From Escherichia coli (GTDB lineage Bacteria > Pseudomonadota > Gammaproteobacteria > Enterobacterales > Enterobacteriaceae), in assembly GCF_035666315.1 (NCBI RefSeq), contig NZ_CP142035.1: a stretch of 32,000 nucleotides of DNA. The stretch is one strand, 5' to 3'. Shown piece after piece: positions 12,585-22,697 of this stretch. A program made the position numbers and the translations under genes. The notes below the pieces were generated by a model that worked only from the letters and a program-made list of their open reading frames with translations, searched no databases and was not told where the DNA came from. The number at the start of each line of letters is the position of its first letter. The stretch's first letter is position 1.

Positions 12585-13880
12585 ATGGCAAGCCCTATAA
12601 TCAGCGGAACAATGATGTCAAATCCCTGCCCTTCCACTTTTTTGGATAAAAATATAAATATCGCTGCTGAGCTTGATATTACAAAAAACGAGAAAAAATA
12701 TTCACCTGGCAGTAATTTCGCAAAATGGATGTTACAGGAAATAAAGCGCTTAATACTAAATATCATGTCCGGTTCTCGCAGTGTTAATACCGAAATTCTT
12801 GACTATTTCCACCCTATGCCAGGCACGGAAAATAATGGTAATCGTACCTGGATGGCGGCAACTGGAGAGAACGAATATACCGTGATTGAACAAACAGGTG
12901 ACAAATCCTTTAATGTTATACAGTTTGGCGCAGGTGAAAAAAATAAAAAAATAATACTCGAAGAAACATCATATTCTGGAGTGGCTGTAGCGACTATTAT
13001 CAAATCGCTATCTGAAAAAACGGCTGTGTTAGAAACACATTCTGCTGACACGGTTTTGAGGAAAAAATTAGTTAATAGTATTGTTATGATGAATACGGAT
13101 TGTAATTACGAAATGCCTGCGGAAATTTTGAGTAATACATATGATTTATTAAACCTGCGAATTCAAAAAGATGAGGGGCATTTACCTGTTCATGAAAAAA
13201 TTGATATTACTGAGGATTATTTACACTCTATGACTATGGATGCTCATAGATGTATAAAAGAACAAACTAAACCAAGTGGTGCTGCAAAAATAACTTGCTG
13301 TGGTGTTGAGTTAAGTAAAGATATTCTTAAAATATTTGCAGGCAAAATTGAAATAATTGAAAAAGACACAAACTATAGTCAAAATACACCTGAACAATTG
13401 GTTGCACAGGTTTGCTTTAATGATGATGATTGTGCTCGGGTAAGAGAATTATTAAAACAATCAAACGGTAATATTACGGATGATAAGATTGATGAAATAA
13501 TCGCTTGCTTAGCCAGTCCTCAGGGGATTACATGTTTTTATTATTCTTCCGCACAAGGCTATCAGAGTCGCTTACAACACACATCTCAAGATGTTCGCGA
13601 GTTACTCTCAAAGAGTTTTGATAGTTTCATTTCATTTACAACGGATTTAAAAAAATCAGGAAATTCTTTTTTTGGGTCTGGAAAGTATCTTAATGAAATG
13701 GATTTTACTATAAATGGGTTTAGTCAGAAGATGTATTTGATGGCGGTTAATAATGTTGGAAATGAAGTTAAGCTTCAGTGTTCTCGTTATTTTACTACCG
13801 GTAGGGTCGACGAACAAAACTCCAAAAACGATAAAGTCGCTTTTACATTTTTCGGTGCCGCAACAACTGCTGATTTATGA
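12585..13880 (+). CDS. Uncharacterised protein, copy A of a tandem paralog pair (431 aa from ATG 12585; track ORF starts at GTG 12573)
   Basis: Complete ORF with SD (tGAGG, 12574-12578) 6 nt before ATG 12585. Shares several conserved blocks with the downstream ORF (TWxAxTGxxxYxxIEQTGxxxFxV; CCGV; CLxSxxGI..YY). AT-rich compared with flanks. Confidence 0.8.
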   Translation: MASPIISGTMMSNPCPSTFLDKNINIAAELDITKNEKKYSPGSNFAKWMLQEIKRLILNIMSGSRSVNTEILDYFHPMPGTENNGNRTWMAATGENEYTVIEQTGDKSFNVIQFGAGEKNKKIILEETSYSGVAVATIIKSLSEKTAVLETHSADTVLRKKLVNSIVMMNTDCNYEMPAEILSNTYDLLNLRIQKDEGHLPVHEKIDITEDYLHSMTMDAHRCIKEQTKPSGAAKITCCGVELSKDILKIFAGKIEIIEKDTNYSQNTPEQLVAQVCFNDDDCARVRELLKQSNGNITDDKIDEIIACLASPQGITCFYYSSAQGYQSRLQHTSQDVRELLSKSFDSFISFTTDLKKSGNSFFGSGKYLNEMDFTINGFSQKMYLMAVNNVGNEVKLQCSRYFTTGRVDEQNSKNDKVAFTFFGAATTADL

Positions 13881-13888
13881 TTTTTGTC

Positions 13889-13907
13889 TGATAAATCGCG
13901 TTTATCA
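13889..13907 (+). terminator. Weak hairpin just after ORF A
   Basis: TGATAAAtcgcgTTTATCA, 7-bp arms, 5-nt loop; no strong T tract. Confidence 0.3.
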
Positions 13908-13962
13908 TTAAGGTGAACGCTTATTCTTAACCGTCTGTGTGTAAACACTCTTTTTGAAAAAA

Positions 13963-13980
13963 ATGAGCGATTTTTGATAG
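13963..13980 (+). repeat. Short direct repeat copy 2 (18 nt)
   Basis: ATGAGCGATTTTTGATAG, identical to 12355-12372. Confidence 0.85.
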
Positions 13981-14158
13981 TGAATAAGTAGAATTAGTGA
14001 TGCAATTGCATTGGGGAAATCGATAAAAATTAACGGCACTATAGTCTTATTATTGAAATAAATGAAAAATAGCGGTTAGCAATGAAATATTTATCATGCT
14101 AGCCATTGATACTTCTAACAATGTCAAAATATGCAAAGTGTCATATTGCGAGGTTACT

Positions 14159-15598
14159 ATGGTTAGTGTGACGAGTTATACATATCCAACGGAAACAGAG
14201 AATGATAATAGTCATTTTCAGAGTCAAACTCAGAGCCAGGGCCTGAGCCAGAGTCTAAGAGATAGTATCGAGGGTAATATTGAAGCATTTGATGCGATGG
14301 AACAAAGTGGCCTGCTCGATAATTGTAGAACATTATCTAAAAATGCCACTTTTCGTGAGGTTTTCCGAAGTTTATTATTATACATTTTAGATTCTTTACA
14401 TATCTATCGGCATGATATCAGTGGTAAATTGGTTTCTTATTTTCATGTTACGCCTGAATCAGCGAATGCGAATTATAAAACATGGATCGCTACCACAGGG
14501 ATGGATAGCTATATAAAAATTGAGCAGACCGGCAGTGATAAGTTTAAAGTCACTGATGTGTATCGTGAGTTAAAAGGCAACAGTTTGAAAAAACAGAGTA
14601 GAGACAGGGATTTTAGTGGTCGTAATGTGAAAGAGTTTATAGGGTTATTATCAGAGCACGATGTATTGGAAAAGTATCAACTCTCAAAAGTAACAGTTGC
14701 TGCAAATGCTCTTAAGCTAGAAGTTGTTAATAATAATTCTGAAAATAAACGCAGTTTTGGAGTTACTGATGCTGAGCGCCAATTAAAAAAAGCGTTAAAT
14801 GAACAAACTCAATTAACTCCAGATAAATTAATTCCAGATGATTGTAGTTATAAATCAGACATAAAAAAACTAGATGTTCTGGAGGGAGAGTTTAGTTCAC
14901 TTCTTGCTGATGCAGCAAGACACGTTGGAGAGGGCAGCTCAATTATTTCATGTTGTGGAGTTAAAATAAATAGCACAATCCATGAATTTCTGAGGAATAA
15001 AACCATGGCTTTGTCTGGCCATGGAGGTGTTAGAAAATATAAAGCTTTCGAAAAGCTTTTTAGTGAAATTGTATTTACGCCAGATGAATGTAATATTGTG
15101 AGAAACTCTCTACAGAAAGATGGTGTTGAGAAAAAAATCAGAGAAAATATTATTTCTTGCCTCTCCAGTATTTCAGGAATAGGTAACCTGTATTATGCTT
15201 GTTCACAGGCATTTCCTGTCGCGCTTGATAGGGGGGATATTAATGTAATACAGGCAAACGATTCTGTTTCTGCCGGGCTTGATGATAACCCAGGGTTTTG
15301 TGCTTTGCTGGGAAAAACAAATTTGCTTGTTGCTGACTTTTCACAGCATACATTCACACAAACCCATTATATTGTAAAAGCCGAAATAAATGAAGCTGGT
15401 AACGATTTTAATATTGCTAATTTCATTTATCGAACATACGGTGAGGATTATATTCATAACGACTCAGTGGATGACTCTCTTAATGAGCGTTCCGCTGAAG
15501 ATTATAGGTTTCTGGATGACTCTTTGTTACCTGAAAACGATTTCCGCAACAGGAGGAGAAATTTTTCAGGCAATATTGCAATCGCAACCTACAAATAA
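14159..15598 (+). CDS. Uncharacterised protein, copy B of the tandem paralog pair (479 aa from ATG 14159; track ORF starts at 14096)
   Basis: Open frame 14096-15598. Best start by SD (cGAGGttactATG) is 14159, giving MVSVTSYTYPTETENDNSHF... Homologous blocks to ORF A. AT-rich. Confidence 0.8.
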   Translation: MVSVTSYTYPTETENDNSHFQSQTQSQGLSQSLRDSIEGNIEAFDAMEQSGLLDNCRTLSKNATFREVFRSLLLYILDSLHIYRHDISGKLVSYFHVTPESANANYKTWIATTGMDSYIKIEQTGSDKFKVTDVYRELKGNSLKKQSRDRDFSGRNVKEFIGLLSEHDVLEKYQLSKVTVAANALKLEVVNNNSENKRSFGVTDAERQLKKALNEQTQLTPDKLIPDDCSYKSDIKKLDVLEGEFSSLLADAARHVGEGSSIISCCGVKINSTIHEFLRNKTMALSGHGGVRKYKAFEKLFSEIVFTPDECNIVRNSLQKDGVEKKIRENIISCLSSISGIGNLYYACSQAFPVALDRGDINVIQANDSVSAGLDDNPGFCALLGKTNLLVADFSQHTFTQTHYIVKAEINEAGNDFNIANFIYRTYGEDYIHNDSVDDSLNERSAEDYRFLDDSLLPENDFRNRRRNFSGNIAIATYK

Positions 15599-15626
15599 TT
15601 CGCTTTTTCGCAATAACACGTACCAA

Positions 15627-15653
15627 ACGCTTACCTTTCAGGTAAGCGTTTTG
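15627..15653 (+). terminator. Rho-independent terminator downstream of ORF B
   Basis: ACGCTTACCT-ttc-AGGTAAGCGT-ttt: 10-bp perfect stem followed by T residues. Confidence 0.85.
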
Positions 15654-15759
15654 ACGATAAGACCAACATCATTAAGCCAATACATACCCCATATCCAACT
15701 TGAACAACATCGCGCTTATCGTTAAGGTATGCGCGTTTTTTATCCGCCAGGACCCAATC

Positions 15760-16350
15760 ATGATCACCGTTGCACTTATAGACGATCACCTCATCGTCCG
15801 CTCCGGCTTTGCGCAGCTGCTGGGGCTGGAACCTGATTTGCAGGTAGTTGCCGAGTTTGGTTCGGGGCGCGAGGCGTTGGCGGGGCTGCCGGGGCGCGGT
15901 GTGCAGGTGTGTATTTGCGATATCTCCATGCCCGATATCTCCGGTCTGGAGCTGCTAAGCCAGCTGCCGAAAGGTATGGCGACGATTATGCTCTCTGTTC
16001 ATGACAGTCCGGCGCTGGTTGAGCAGGCGCTTAACGCGGGGGCGCGCGGCTTTCTCTCCAAGCGTTGTAGCCCTGACGAACTGATTGCTGCGGTGCATAC
16101 GGTTGCCACGGGCGGCTGTTATCTGACGCCGGATATTGCTATTAAACTGGCATCTGGTCGCCAGGACCCGCTGACCAAACGTGAACGGCAGGTGGCAGAA
16201 AAACTGGCGCAAGGAATGGCGGTGAAAGAGATTGCTGCCGAACTGGGCTTGTCACCGAAAACGGTACACGTCCATCGCGCTAACCTGATGGAAAAACTGG
16301 GCGTCAGTAACGACGTTGAACTGGCGCGCCGCATGTTTGATGGCTGGTGA
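15760..16350 (+). CDS. uhpA: Response regulator of hexose-phosphate uptake, 196 aa
   Basis: [21 protein letters not shown] receiver plus LuxR-type HTH ([45 protein letters not shown]). Track ORF begins upstream at 15700. Confidence 0.96.
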
Positions 16351-17852
16351 TGAAGACGTTTTTCTCTCGCTTAATTACCGTTATTGCCTGCTTTTTTATC
16401 TTCTCTGCCGCGTGGTTTTGCTTGTGGAGTATCAGCCTGCACCTGGTTGAGCGCCCTGATATGGCGGTGCTGTTATTTCCGTTTGGTCTGCGTCTGGGGC
16501 TAATGCTGCAATGCCCGCGCGGCTACTGGCCGGTGCTGCTGGGAGCGGAGTGGCTGCTGATTTACTGGCTAACGCAGGCGGTCGGTTTAACCCATTTCTC
16601 CTTATTGATGATCGGTAGTTTACTGACGTTATTGCCCGTGGCGCTTATCTCGCGCTATCGCCATCAACGTGACTGGCGCACCCTGCTGTTACAGGGGGCA
16701 GCACTGACGGCGGCGGCGTTGTTGCAGTCGCTGCCCTGGCTTTGGCACGGGAAAGAGTCGTGGAATGCGCTGTTGCTGACTTTAACTGGCGGCCTGACGC
16801 TGGCCCCGATATGTCTGGTGTTCTGGCACTATCTCGCCAATAACATCTGGCTGCCGCTCGGGCCGTCGTTAGTTTCTCAACCGATCAACTGGCGCGGGCG
16901 GCATCTGGTCTGGTACTTGCTGCTGTTTGTTATCAGTCTCTGGCTCCAGTTGGGATTGCCGGACGAACTGTCGCGCTTTACGCCATTCTGCCTGGCGCTG
17001 CCGATTATCGCGCTGGCCTGGCACTACGGCTGGCAAGGGGCGCTGATTGCGACGTTGATGAACGCCATCGCGCTGATCGCCAGTCAAACCTGGCGCGATC
17101 ATTCGGTGGATTTATTGCTCTCGCTGCTGGTGCAAAGTCTGACAGGGTTGTTACTGGGCGCAGGCATCCAGCGGTTGCGTGAACTTAACCAGTCGCTGCA
17201 AAAGGAACTAGCGCGCAATCAGCATCTGGCTGAACGTTTGTTAGAAACTGAAGAGAGCGTGCGCCGTGATGTGGCGCGTGAGCTGCACGACGATATCGGT
17301 CAGACCATCACTGCTATTCGTACTCAAGCAGGTATTGTTCAGCGGCTGGCGGCAGATAACGCCAGCGTGAAGCAGAGCGGGCAGCTCATCGAACACCTGT
17401 CGCTGGGTGTTTACGATGCGGTGCGCCGTTTGTTAGGGCGGTTACGTCCGCGCCAGCTGGATGATCTCACCCTGGAGCAGGCCATCCGCTCACTGATGCG
17501 GGAAATGGAGCTGGAAGGGCGCGGCATTGTCAGTCATCTCGAATGGCGAATCGATGAATCAGCGTTAAGCGAAAACCAGCGCGTGACGCTATTTCGCGTC
17601 TGCCAGGAAGGGTTGAACAACATTGTGAAACATGCCGATGCCAGCGCGGTCACGCTGCAAGGCTGGCAGCAGGATGAGCGGTTAATGCTGGTGATTGAAG
17701 ACGATGGCAGCGGTTTACCGCCAGATTCCGGGCAACACGGTTTTGGCCTTACCGGAATGCGCGAGCGCGTAACGGCGCTGGGCGGCACATTGACCATTTC
17801 CTGTCTGCACGGCACGCGTGTCAGCGTTTCTCTACCTCAACGTTATGTCTAA
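16347..17852 (+). CDS. uhpB: Membrane sensor histidine kinase for hexose phosphate, 501 aa
   Basis: N-terminal MASE1-like TM region; HisKA_3 motif [26 protein letters not shown]; HATPase block [31 protein letters not shown]. Confidence 0.96.
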
Positions 17853-17861
17853 GGTTCGATG

Positions 17862-19181
17862 ATGTTGCCGTTTCTGAAAGCGCCAGCTGACGCGCCGTTG
17901 ATTAGCGATAAACAAGAAATTGATGCCCGTTACCGTTACTGGCGTCGGCATATTCTGCTGACCATCTGGCTGGGTTACGCGCTGTTTTACTTCACGCGTA
18001 AAAGTTTTAACGCCGCCGTACCAGAAATCCTTGCTAACGGCGTGCTCAGCCGTAGCGATATTGGCCTGTTAGCGACCCTGTTTTACATTACCTACGGTGT
18101 GTCGAAGTTTGTCTCCGGCATTGTCAGCGATCGCTCAAATGCCCGTTATTTTATGGGGATAGGGCTTATTGCCACGGGCATTATCAACATTCTGTTTGGC
18201 TTCTCGACGTCGCTATGGGCGTTTGCCGTGCTCTGGGTGTTGAACGCCTTTTTCCAGGGCTGGGGTTCACCGGTGTGTGCGCGTCTGTTAACCGCCTGGT
18301 ATTCTCGTACCGAGCGCGGCGGTTGGTGGGCATTATGGAACACGGCGCATAACGTCGGCGGCGCACTCATTCCCATTGTGATGGCAGCGAGCGCGCTGCA
18401 TTACGGCTGGCGTGCCGGGATGATGATTGCCGGTTGTATGGCGATCGTCGTGGGGATTTTTCTCTGCTGGCGGCTGCGCGATCGCCCGCAGGCGTTAGGT
18501 TTACCAGCGGTTGGTGAATGGCGGCACGACGCGCTGGAGATTGCTCAACAACAAGAAGGGGCAGGGCTGACGCGTAAAGAGATCCTCACCAAGTATGTGT
18601 TGCTGAATCCGTATATCTGGCTGCTTTCGTTTTGCTATGTGCTGGTCTATGTGGTCCGGGCGGCGATCAACGACTGGGGCAATTTGTATATGTCCGAGAC
18701 GCTGGGCGTCGATCTGGTCACGGCGAATACGGCAGTGACGATGTTTGAACTGGGCGGATTTATCGGTGCGCTGGTAGCGGGTTGGGGCTCGGACAAACTC
18801 TTTAACGGCAACCGCGGGCCGATGAATTTGATTTTCGCTGCCGGAATTTTGCTTTCAGTCGGCTCGCTGTGGCTGATGCCATTTGCCAGCTACGTGATGC
18901 AGGCAACCTGCTTCTTCACCATTGGTTTTTTTGTCTTTGGCCCGCAGATGTTAATCGGCATGGCGGCGGCAGAATGTTCCCACAAAGAGGCGGCAGGGGC
19001 GGCGACGGGGTTTGTCGGCTTGTTTGCTTATCTGGGGGCGTCGCTTGCTGGTTGGCCGCTGGCGAAAGTGCTCGATACCTGGCACTGGAGCGGATTTTTT
19101 GTGGTTATCTCTATCGCCGCCGGGATTTCCGCACTGCTGTTACTGCCCTTTTTGAACGCCCAGACACCGCGCGAAGCGTGA
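17862..19181 (+). CDS. uhpC: MFS sensor/transporter for external glucose-6-phosphate
   Basis: YALFYFTRKSFNAAVPEI, YGVSKFVSGIVSDRSNARYFMGIGL (organophosphate:Pi antiporter family); between uhpB and uhpT. Track ORF begins at 17859. Confidence 0.95.
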   Translation: MLPFLKAPADAPLISDKQEIDARYRYWRRHILLTIWLGYALFYFTRKSFNAAVPEILANGVLSRSDIGLLATLFYITYGVSKFVSGIVSDRSNARYFMGIGLIATGIINILFGFSTSLWAFAVLWVLNAFFQGWGSPVCARLLTAWYSRTERGGWWALWNTAHNVGGALIPIVMAASALHYGWRAGMMIAGCMAIVVGIFLCWRLRDRPQALGLPAVGEWRHDALEIAQQQEGAGLTRKEILTKYVLLNPYIWLLSFCYVLVYVVRAAINDWGNLYMSETLGVDLVTANTAVTMFELGGFIGALVAGWGSDKLFNGNRGPMNLIFAAGILLSVGSLWLMPFASYVMQATCFFTIGFFVFGPQMLIGMAAAECSHKEAAGAATGFVGLFAYLGASLAGWPLAKVLDTWHWSGFFVVISIAAGISALLLLPFLNAQTPREA

Positions 19182-19227
19182 TGCATCTCACCTTTTCACT
19201 TCATATCCGGCAAAACTAAGAAATTTT

Positions 19228-19260
19228 CCAGGTTTTGCCTGGACGCTATCTCAGGCCTGA
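19228..19260. promoter_or_regulatory. Candidate UhpA-binding region upstream of uhpT
   Basis: CCAGGttttgCCTGG inverted repeat (19228-19242) followed by palindrome TCAGGCCTGA (19251-19260), about 60-90 nt before uhpT. Functional assignment is inferred from position. Confidence 0.5.
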
Positions 19261-19318
19261 TTTGCTACTGATTTTTACAATGCATGCCTCACGCAGGTAT
19301 TCATTTCAGGAGTAACCC

Positions 19319-20710
19319 ATGCTGGCTTTCTTAAACCAGGTTCGCAAGCCGACCCTGGACCTTCCGCTCGAAGTGCGGCGCAAAATGTGGTTCAAACCGT
19401 TCATGCAATCCTACCTGGTGGTCTTTATCGGCTACCTGACGATGTACCTGATTCGCAAGAACTTTAACATCGCGCAGAACGATATGATTTCGACCTACGG
19501 GTTGAGCATGACGCAGCTGGGGATGATCGGCCTGGGTTTCTCCATCACTTATGGCGTGGGTAAAACGCTGGTTTCCTACTACGCCGACGGCAAAAACACC
19601 AAACAATTCCTGCCGTTCATGCTGATCCTGTCTGCCATTTGTATGCTGGGCTTCAGCGCCAGTATGGGCAGCGGCTCGGTTAGCCTGTTCCTGATGATTG
19701 CCTTCTACGCCTTAAGCGGCTTTTTCCAGAGCACCGGCGGTTCGTGCAGTTACTCCACCATCACCAAATGGACGCCGCGTCGTAAGCGCGGGACCTTCCT
19801 CGGTTTCTGGAACATTTCTCACAACCTTGGCGGTGCAGGCGCAGCAGGTGTGGCGCTGTTCGGCGCAAATTACCTGTTCGATGGTCATGTTATCGGCATG
19901 TTTATCTTCCCGTCGATTATCGCGCTGATTGTTGGTTTTATCGGCCTGCGTTACGGCAGCGACTCCCCGGAATCTTATGGCCTCGGCAAAGCTGAAGAGC
20001 TGTTCGGCGAGGAGATCAGTGAAGAGGATAAAGAGACAGAATCTACCGATATGACCAAGTGGCAGATCTTTGTTGAGTATGTGCTGAAAAACAAAGTGAT
20101 CTGGCTGCTGTGCTTTGCCAACATTTTCCTCTATGTGGTGCGTATTGGTATCGACCAGTGGTCAACCGTGTATGCGTTCCAGGAACTGAAACTCTCTAAA
20201 GCGGTGGCGATTCAGGGCTTTACGCTGTTTGAAGCTGGTGCGCTGGTCGGTACGCTGCTGTGGGGCTGGCTCTCTGACCTGGCGAACGGTCGCCGTGGCC
20301 TGGTGGCCTGTATCGCGCTGGCGCTGATTATCGCCACGCTCGGTGTGTATCAACACGCCAGCAACCAATATATCTACCTGGCTTCTCTCTTTGCGTTGGG
20401 TTTCCTGGTCTTTGGCCCGCAATTGTTGATTGGTGTAGCTGCTGTTGGCTTTGTACCTAAAAAAGCGATTGGCGCTGCCGATGGTATTAAAGGCACCTTC
20501 GCTTACCTGATTGGTGACAGCTTTGCCAAGTTAGGTCTGGGAATGATTGCTGATGGGACGCCGGTATTTGGCCTTACCGGCTGGGCAGGCACCTTCGCCG
20601 CGCTGGATATCGCCGCGATTGGTTGTATCTGCCTGATGGCGATAGTGGCGGTGATGGAAGAACGCAAAATCCGCCGCGAGAAAAAAATTCAGCAGTTGAC
20701 AGTGGCATAA
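19319..20710 (+). CDS. uhpT: Hexose-6-phosphate:phosphate antiporter, 463 aa
   Basis: [73 protein letters not shown]. Confidence 0.97.
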   Translation: MLAFLNQVRKPTLDLPLEVRRKMWFKPFMQSYLVVFIGYLTMYLIRKNFNIAQNDMISTYGLSMTQLGMIGLGFSITYGVGKTLVSYYADGKNTKQFLPFMLILSAICMLGFSASMGSGSVSLFLMIAFYALSGFFQSTGGSCSYSTITKWTPRRKRGTFLGFWNISHNLGGAGAAGVALFGANYLFDGHVIGMFIFPSIIALIVGFIGLRYGSDSPESYGLGKAEELFGEEISEEDKETESTDMTKWQIFVEYVLKNKVIWLLCFANIFLYVVRIGIDQWSTVYAFQELKLSKAVAIQGFTLFEAGALVGTLLWGWLSDLANGRRGLVACIALALIIATLGVYQHASNQYIYLASLFALGFLVFGPQLLIGVAAVGFVPKKAIGAADGIKGTFAYLIGDSFAKLGLGMIADGTPVFGLTGWAGTFAALDIAAIGCICLMAIVAVMEERKIRREKKIQQLTVA

Positions 20711-20726
20711 ACGTAACTGGTGACTT

Positions 20727-20757
20727 TTGCCCGGCATGACGCCGGGCTTTTTTTTAT
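20727..20757. terminator. Terminator between convergent uhpT and ade
   Basis: GCCCGGC-atgac-GCCGGGC followed by TTTTTTTTT. Confidence 0.88.
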
Positions 20758-22523
20758 TATTCCGTGACTTCCAGCGTAGTGAAGGCAAACTTCTCGCCAT
20801 CAAACAGCCCCTGACTGGTTAGTTTCAGCGCGGGGATCACTGGTAGAGAAAGAAACGCCATCTGAATAAACGGCTCATCGGGTAACGGACCGCATTCACG
20901 GGCGGCGGCTTTCAAGGCGTCAATTTGCTCCGCCAGTGACTGCGCCGTGTCGGTGCTCATTAGCCCGGCAATGGGCAACGGTAGATGACTTTGTACCTGA
21001 CCGTTACGGACCACGCACAGCCCGCCGCCATCCTGAATCACCTGATTGACCGCCAGCGCCATCTCTTCTGCGCTACGACCGATCACCACAATATTATGGC
21101 TGTCATGGCTGACCGTCGCCGCCAGCGCACCTTCATTCAGGCCAAAGCCGCCGAGCAAACCACAGGCCGGAGCCAGCCGTTGCCCGTAACGCTCAAGTAC
21201 GGCAATAAAGCACACATCATCGCGATCAAAACCATTTTCGCTGTAGACGCTGGAGCGGGAGTGGGTAATCAATTCGTTATGGATGGCCTCAATAACGCGA
21301 TAGCGTTTTCCGGGGGTAAATTGCAGGGCAAAGTCACTGGCGGAAACTGGCTGGCGATCAATGGTATTGCCATATGGCGGGGCGGATTGTGCCAGTCTCG
21401 CCGACTCTTCCGCCTGTAAGGTTTGTGCATCGATCGGCTCGCCTTTCACCAGTACCTGCTGCACCGTGACCTTACGCGCATCGCTCAACAGGACGATATC
21501 GGCCTGCTTACCGGGTGCCAGTAAGCCGAGGTGATTCAGACCAAAGTGGCGCGCCGTCGACCAGCTGGCGACGCGATATGCCACATGCAGCGGCACATTG
21601 TGTTGTTCGATCAGGCGGCGAATTAAGGCATCGATGTGTCCTTCATGGGCGATCTCCCACGGGTTACGGTCATCAGTACAGAGCATGCATTGCGGGCTGT
21701 TAAATTCGTTGATCAACGTTGCCAGTGCGTTGAGATTGCGGGCAGCGGACCCTTCGCGGATCATCAACGACATGCCGAGTTGTAATTTCCGGCGTCCTTC
21801 TTCCAGCTGATAACTTTCGTGGCAGTTTTCAATACCCGCAGCAATATAGGCGTTAAGTTCTTTACCACCCAAACCCGGGCAGTGACCGTCCAGCGTCAGG
21901 TGGCGAAATGCATCCAGTTTATCGAGCAGCGCATTCTGCCCGCTAATTACGCCAGGGTAGTCCATCATTTCTGCAAGGCCGGTAACCTGCGGATGGTCCC
22001 GCCAGGCGAGCATCTGTTCAAGGGTAAAACTGGCACCGTTAACATCGCAGCCTTCCAGGGCGGGTACGCAAGAGCTGACCTGTAAGTACTGGTTTTGTCT
22101 TGCCTGTTCGGCACAGCGGGCAAACCAGGCGAATCCGGCTTCGCCCATCACGTTGACGATTTCATGAGGGTCGCAAATAACGGTCGTCAGGCCACGCGGC
22201 AGGGTAGCGGTTTCAAAGGTGACCGGCGTCATCATGCTGGATTCAATATGCAGGTGAGCATCAATAAACCCTGGCACCGCCGTTGCGCCGCGGGCATCAA
22301 TCCGCTGCAAAGCCGGAGCATCAGTGTATTCTGCGCCAACACCAGCAATGTAACGTCCTTTAATCACAATTGGGCCGGAAATTTCTCCGCCATTGATCAG
22401 GTCGAGAATAGAGACATTATCAATAATATAATCGGCAACAGCGTCGCCACGGGAAACGGCTAACAATTCCTGGTATTCAGCCCGGCTAATGTGATGAAAT
22501 TTATGGTTAATAGAATTATTCAT
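20757..22523 (-). CDS. ade: Adenine deaminase, 588 aa
   Basis: Amidohydrolase motifs [40 protein letters not shown]-type ([20 protein letters not shown]), [10 protein letters not shown]. Confidence 0.95.
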   Translation of the reverse strand: MNNSINHKFHHISRAEYQELLAVSRGDAVADYIIDNVSILDLINGGEISGPIVIKGRYIAGVGAEYTDAPALQRIDARGATAVPGFIDAHLHIESSMMTPVTFETATLPRGLTTVICDPHEIVNVMGEAGFAWFARCAEQARQNQYLQVSSCVPALEGCDVNGASFTLEQMLAWRDHPQVTGLAEMMDYPGVISGQNALLDKLDAFRHLTLDGHCPGLGGKELNAYIAAGIENCHESYQLEEGRRKLQLGMSLMIREGSAARNLNALATLINEFNSPQCMLCTDDRNPWEIAHEGHIDALIRRLIEQHNVPLHVAYRVASWSTARHFGLNHLGLLAPGKQADIVLLSDARKVTVQQVLVKGEPIDAQTLQAEESARLAQSAPPYGNTIDRQPVSASDFALQFTPGKRYRVIEAIHNELITHSRSSVYSENGFDRDDVCFIAVLERYGQRLAPACGLLGGFGLNEGALAATVSHDSHNIVVIGRSAEEMALAVNQVIQDGGGLCVVRNGQVQSHLPLPIAGLMSTDTAQSLAEQIDALKAAARECGPLPDEPFIQMAFLSLPVIPALKLTSQGLFDGEKFAFTTLEVTE

Positions 22524-22697
22524 ATTTTTCTCATTTTGATTTTATCAATTTGATTATTATTTATCATAAAGAAACGTCGCGAGATTATTAAAGAATATCC
22601 ATTAATGTGCAATTGAAATGTGATAATTATCACTGAACCGTTGTTGTCATTTGTTTTACAAAAGCAAGGGATTAAATCTCCTCCAATGGACAAAAAA

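Noticed and set aside
12560-12766. 68-aa minus-strand ORF (MIFSIKRFISCNIHFAKLL...) with hydrophobic stretch, possible small membrane toxin
   Set aside because: Lies antisense to the start of ORF A and no ribosome binding site or conserved relative is evident; hydrophobic antisense peptides are expected in AT-rich DNA.
12573-15598. Assignment of the paralog pair as EspY-, SopD- or other named type III effectors
   Set aside because: I could not recall any convincing motif match to those proteins; naming them would be unsupported without an HMM or structure search.
15390-15725. 111-aa plus-strand ORF spanning the end of ORF B into the uhpA leader
   Set aside because: Out of frame with ORF B, no SD, and crosses the strong terminator at 15627-15653.
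12323-16350. Insertion sequence or prophage carrying the two unknown genes
   Set aside because: No transposase, integrase, tRNA attachment site or long terminal inverted repeats are visible; only the short 18-nt and 25-nt repeats are present, so a specific mobile element cannot be claimed.
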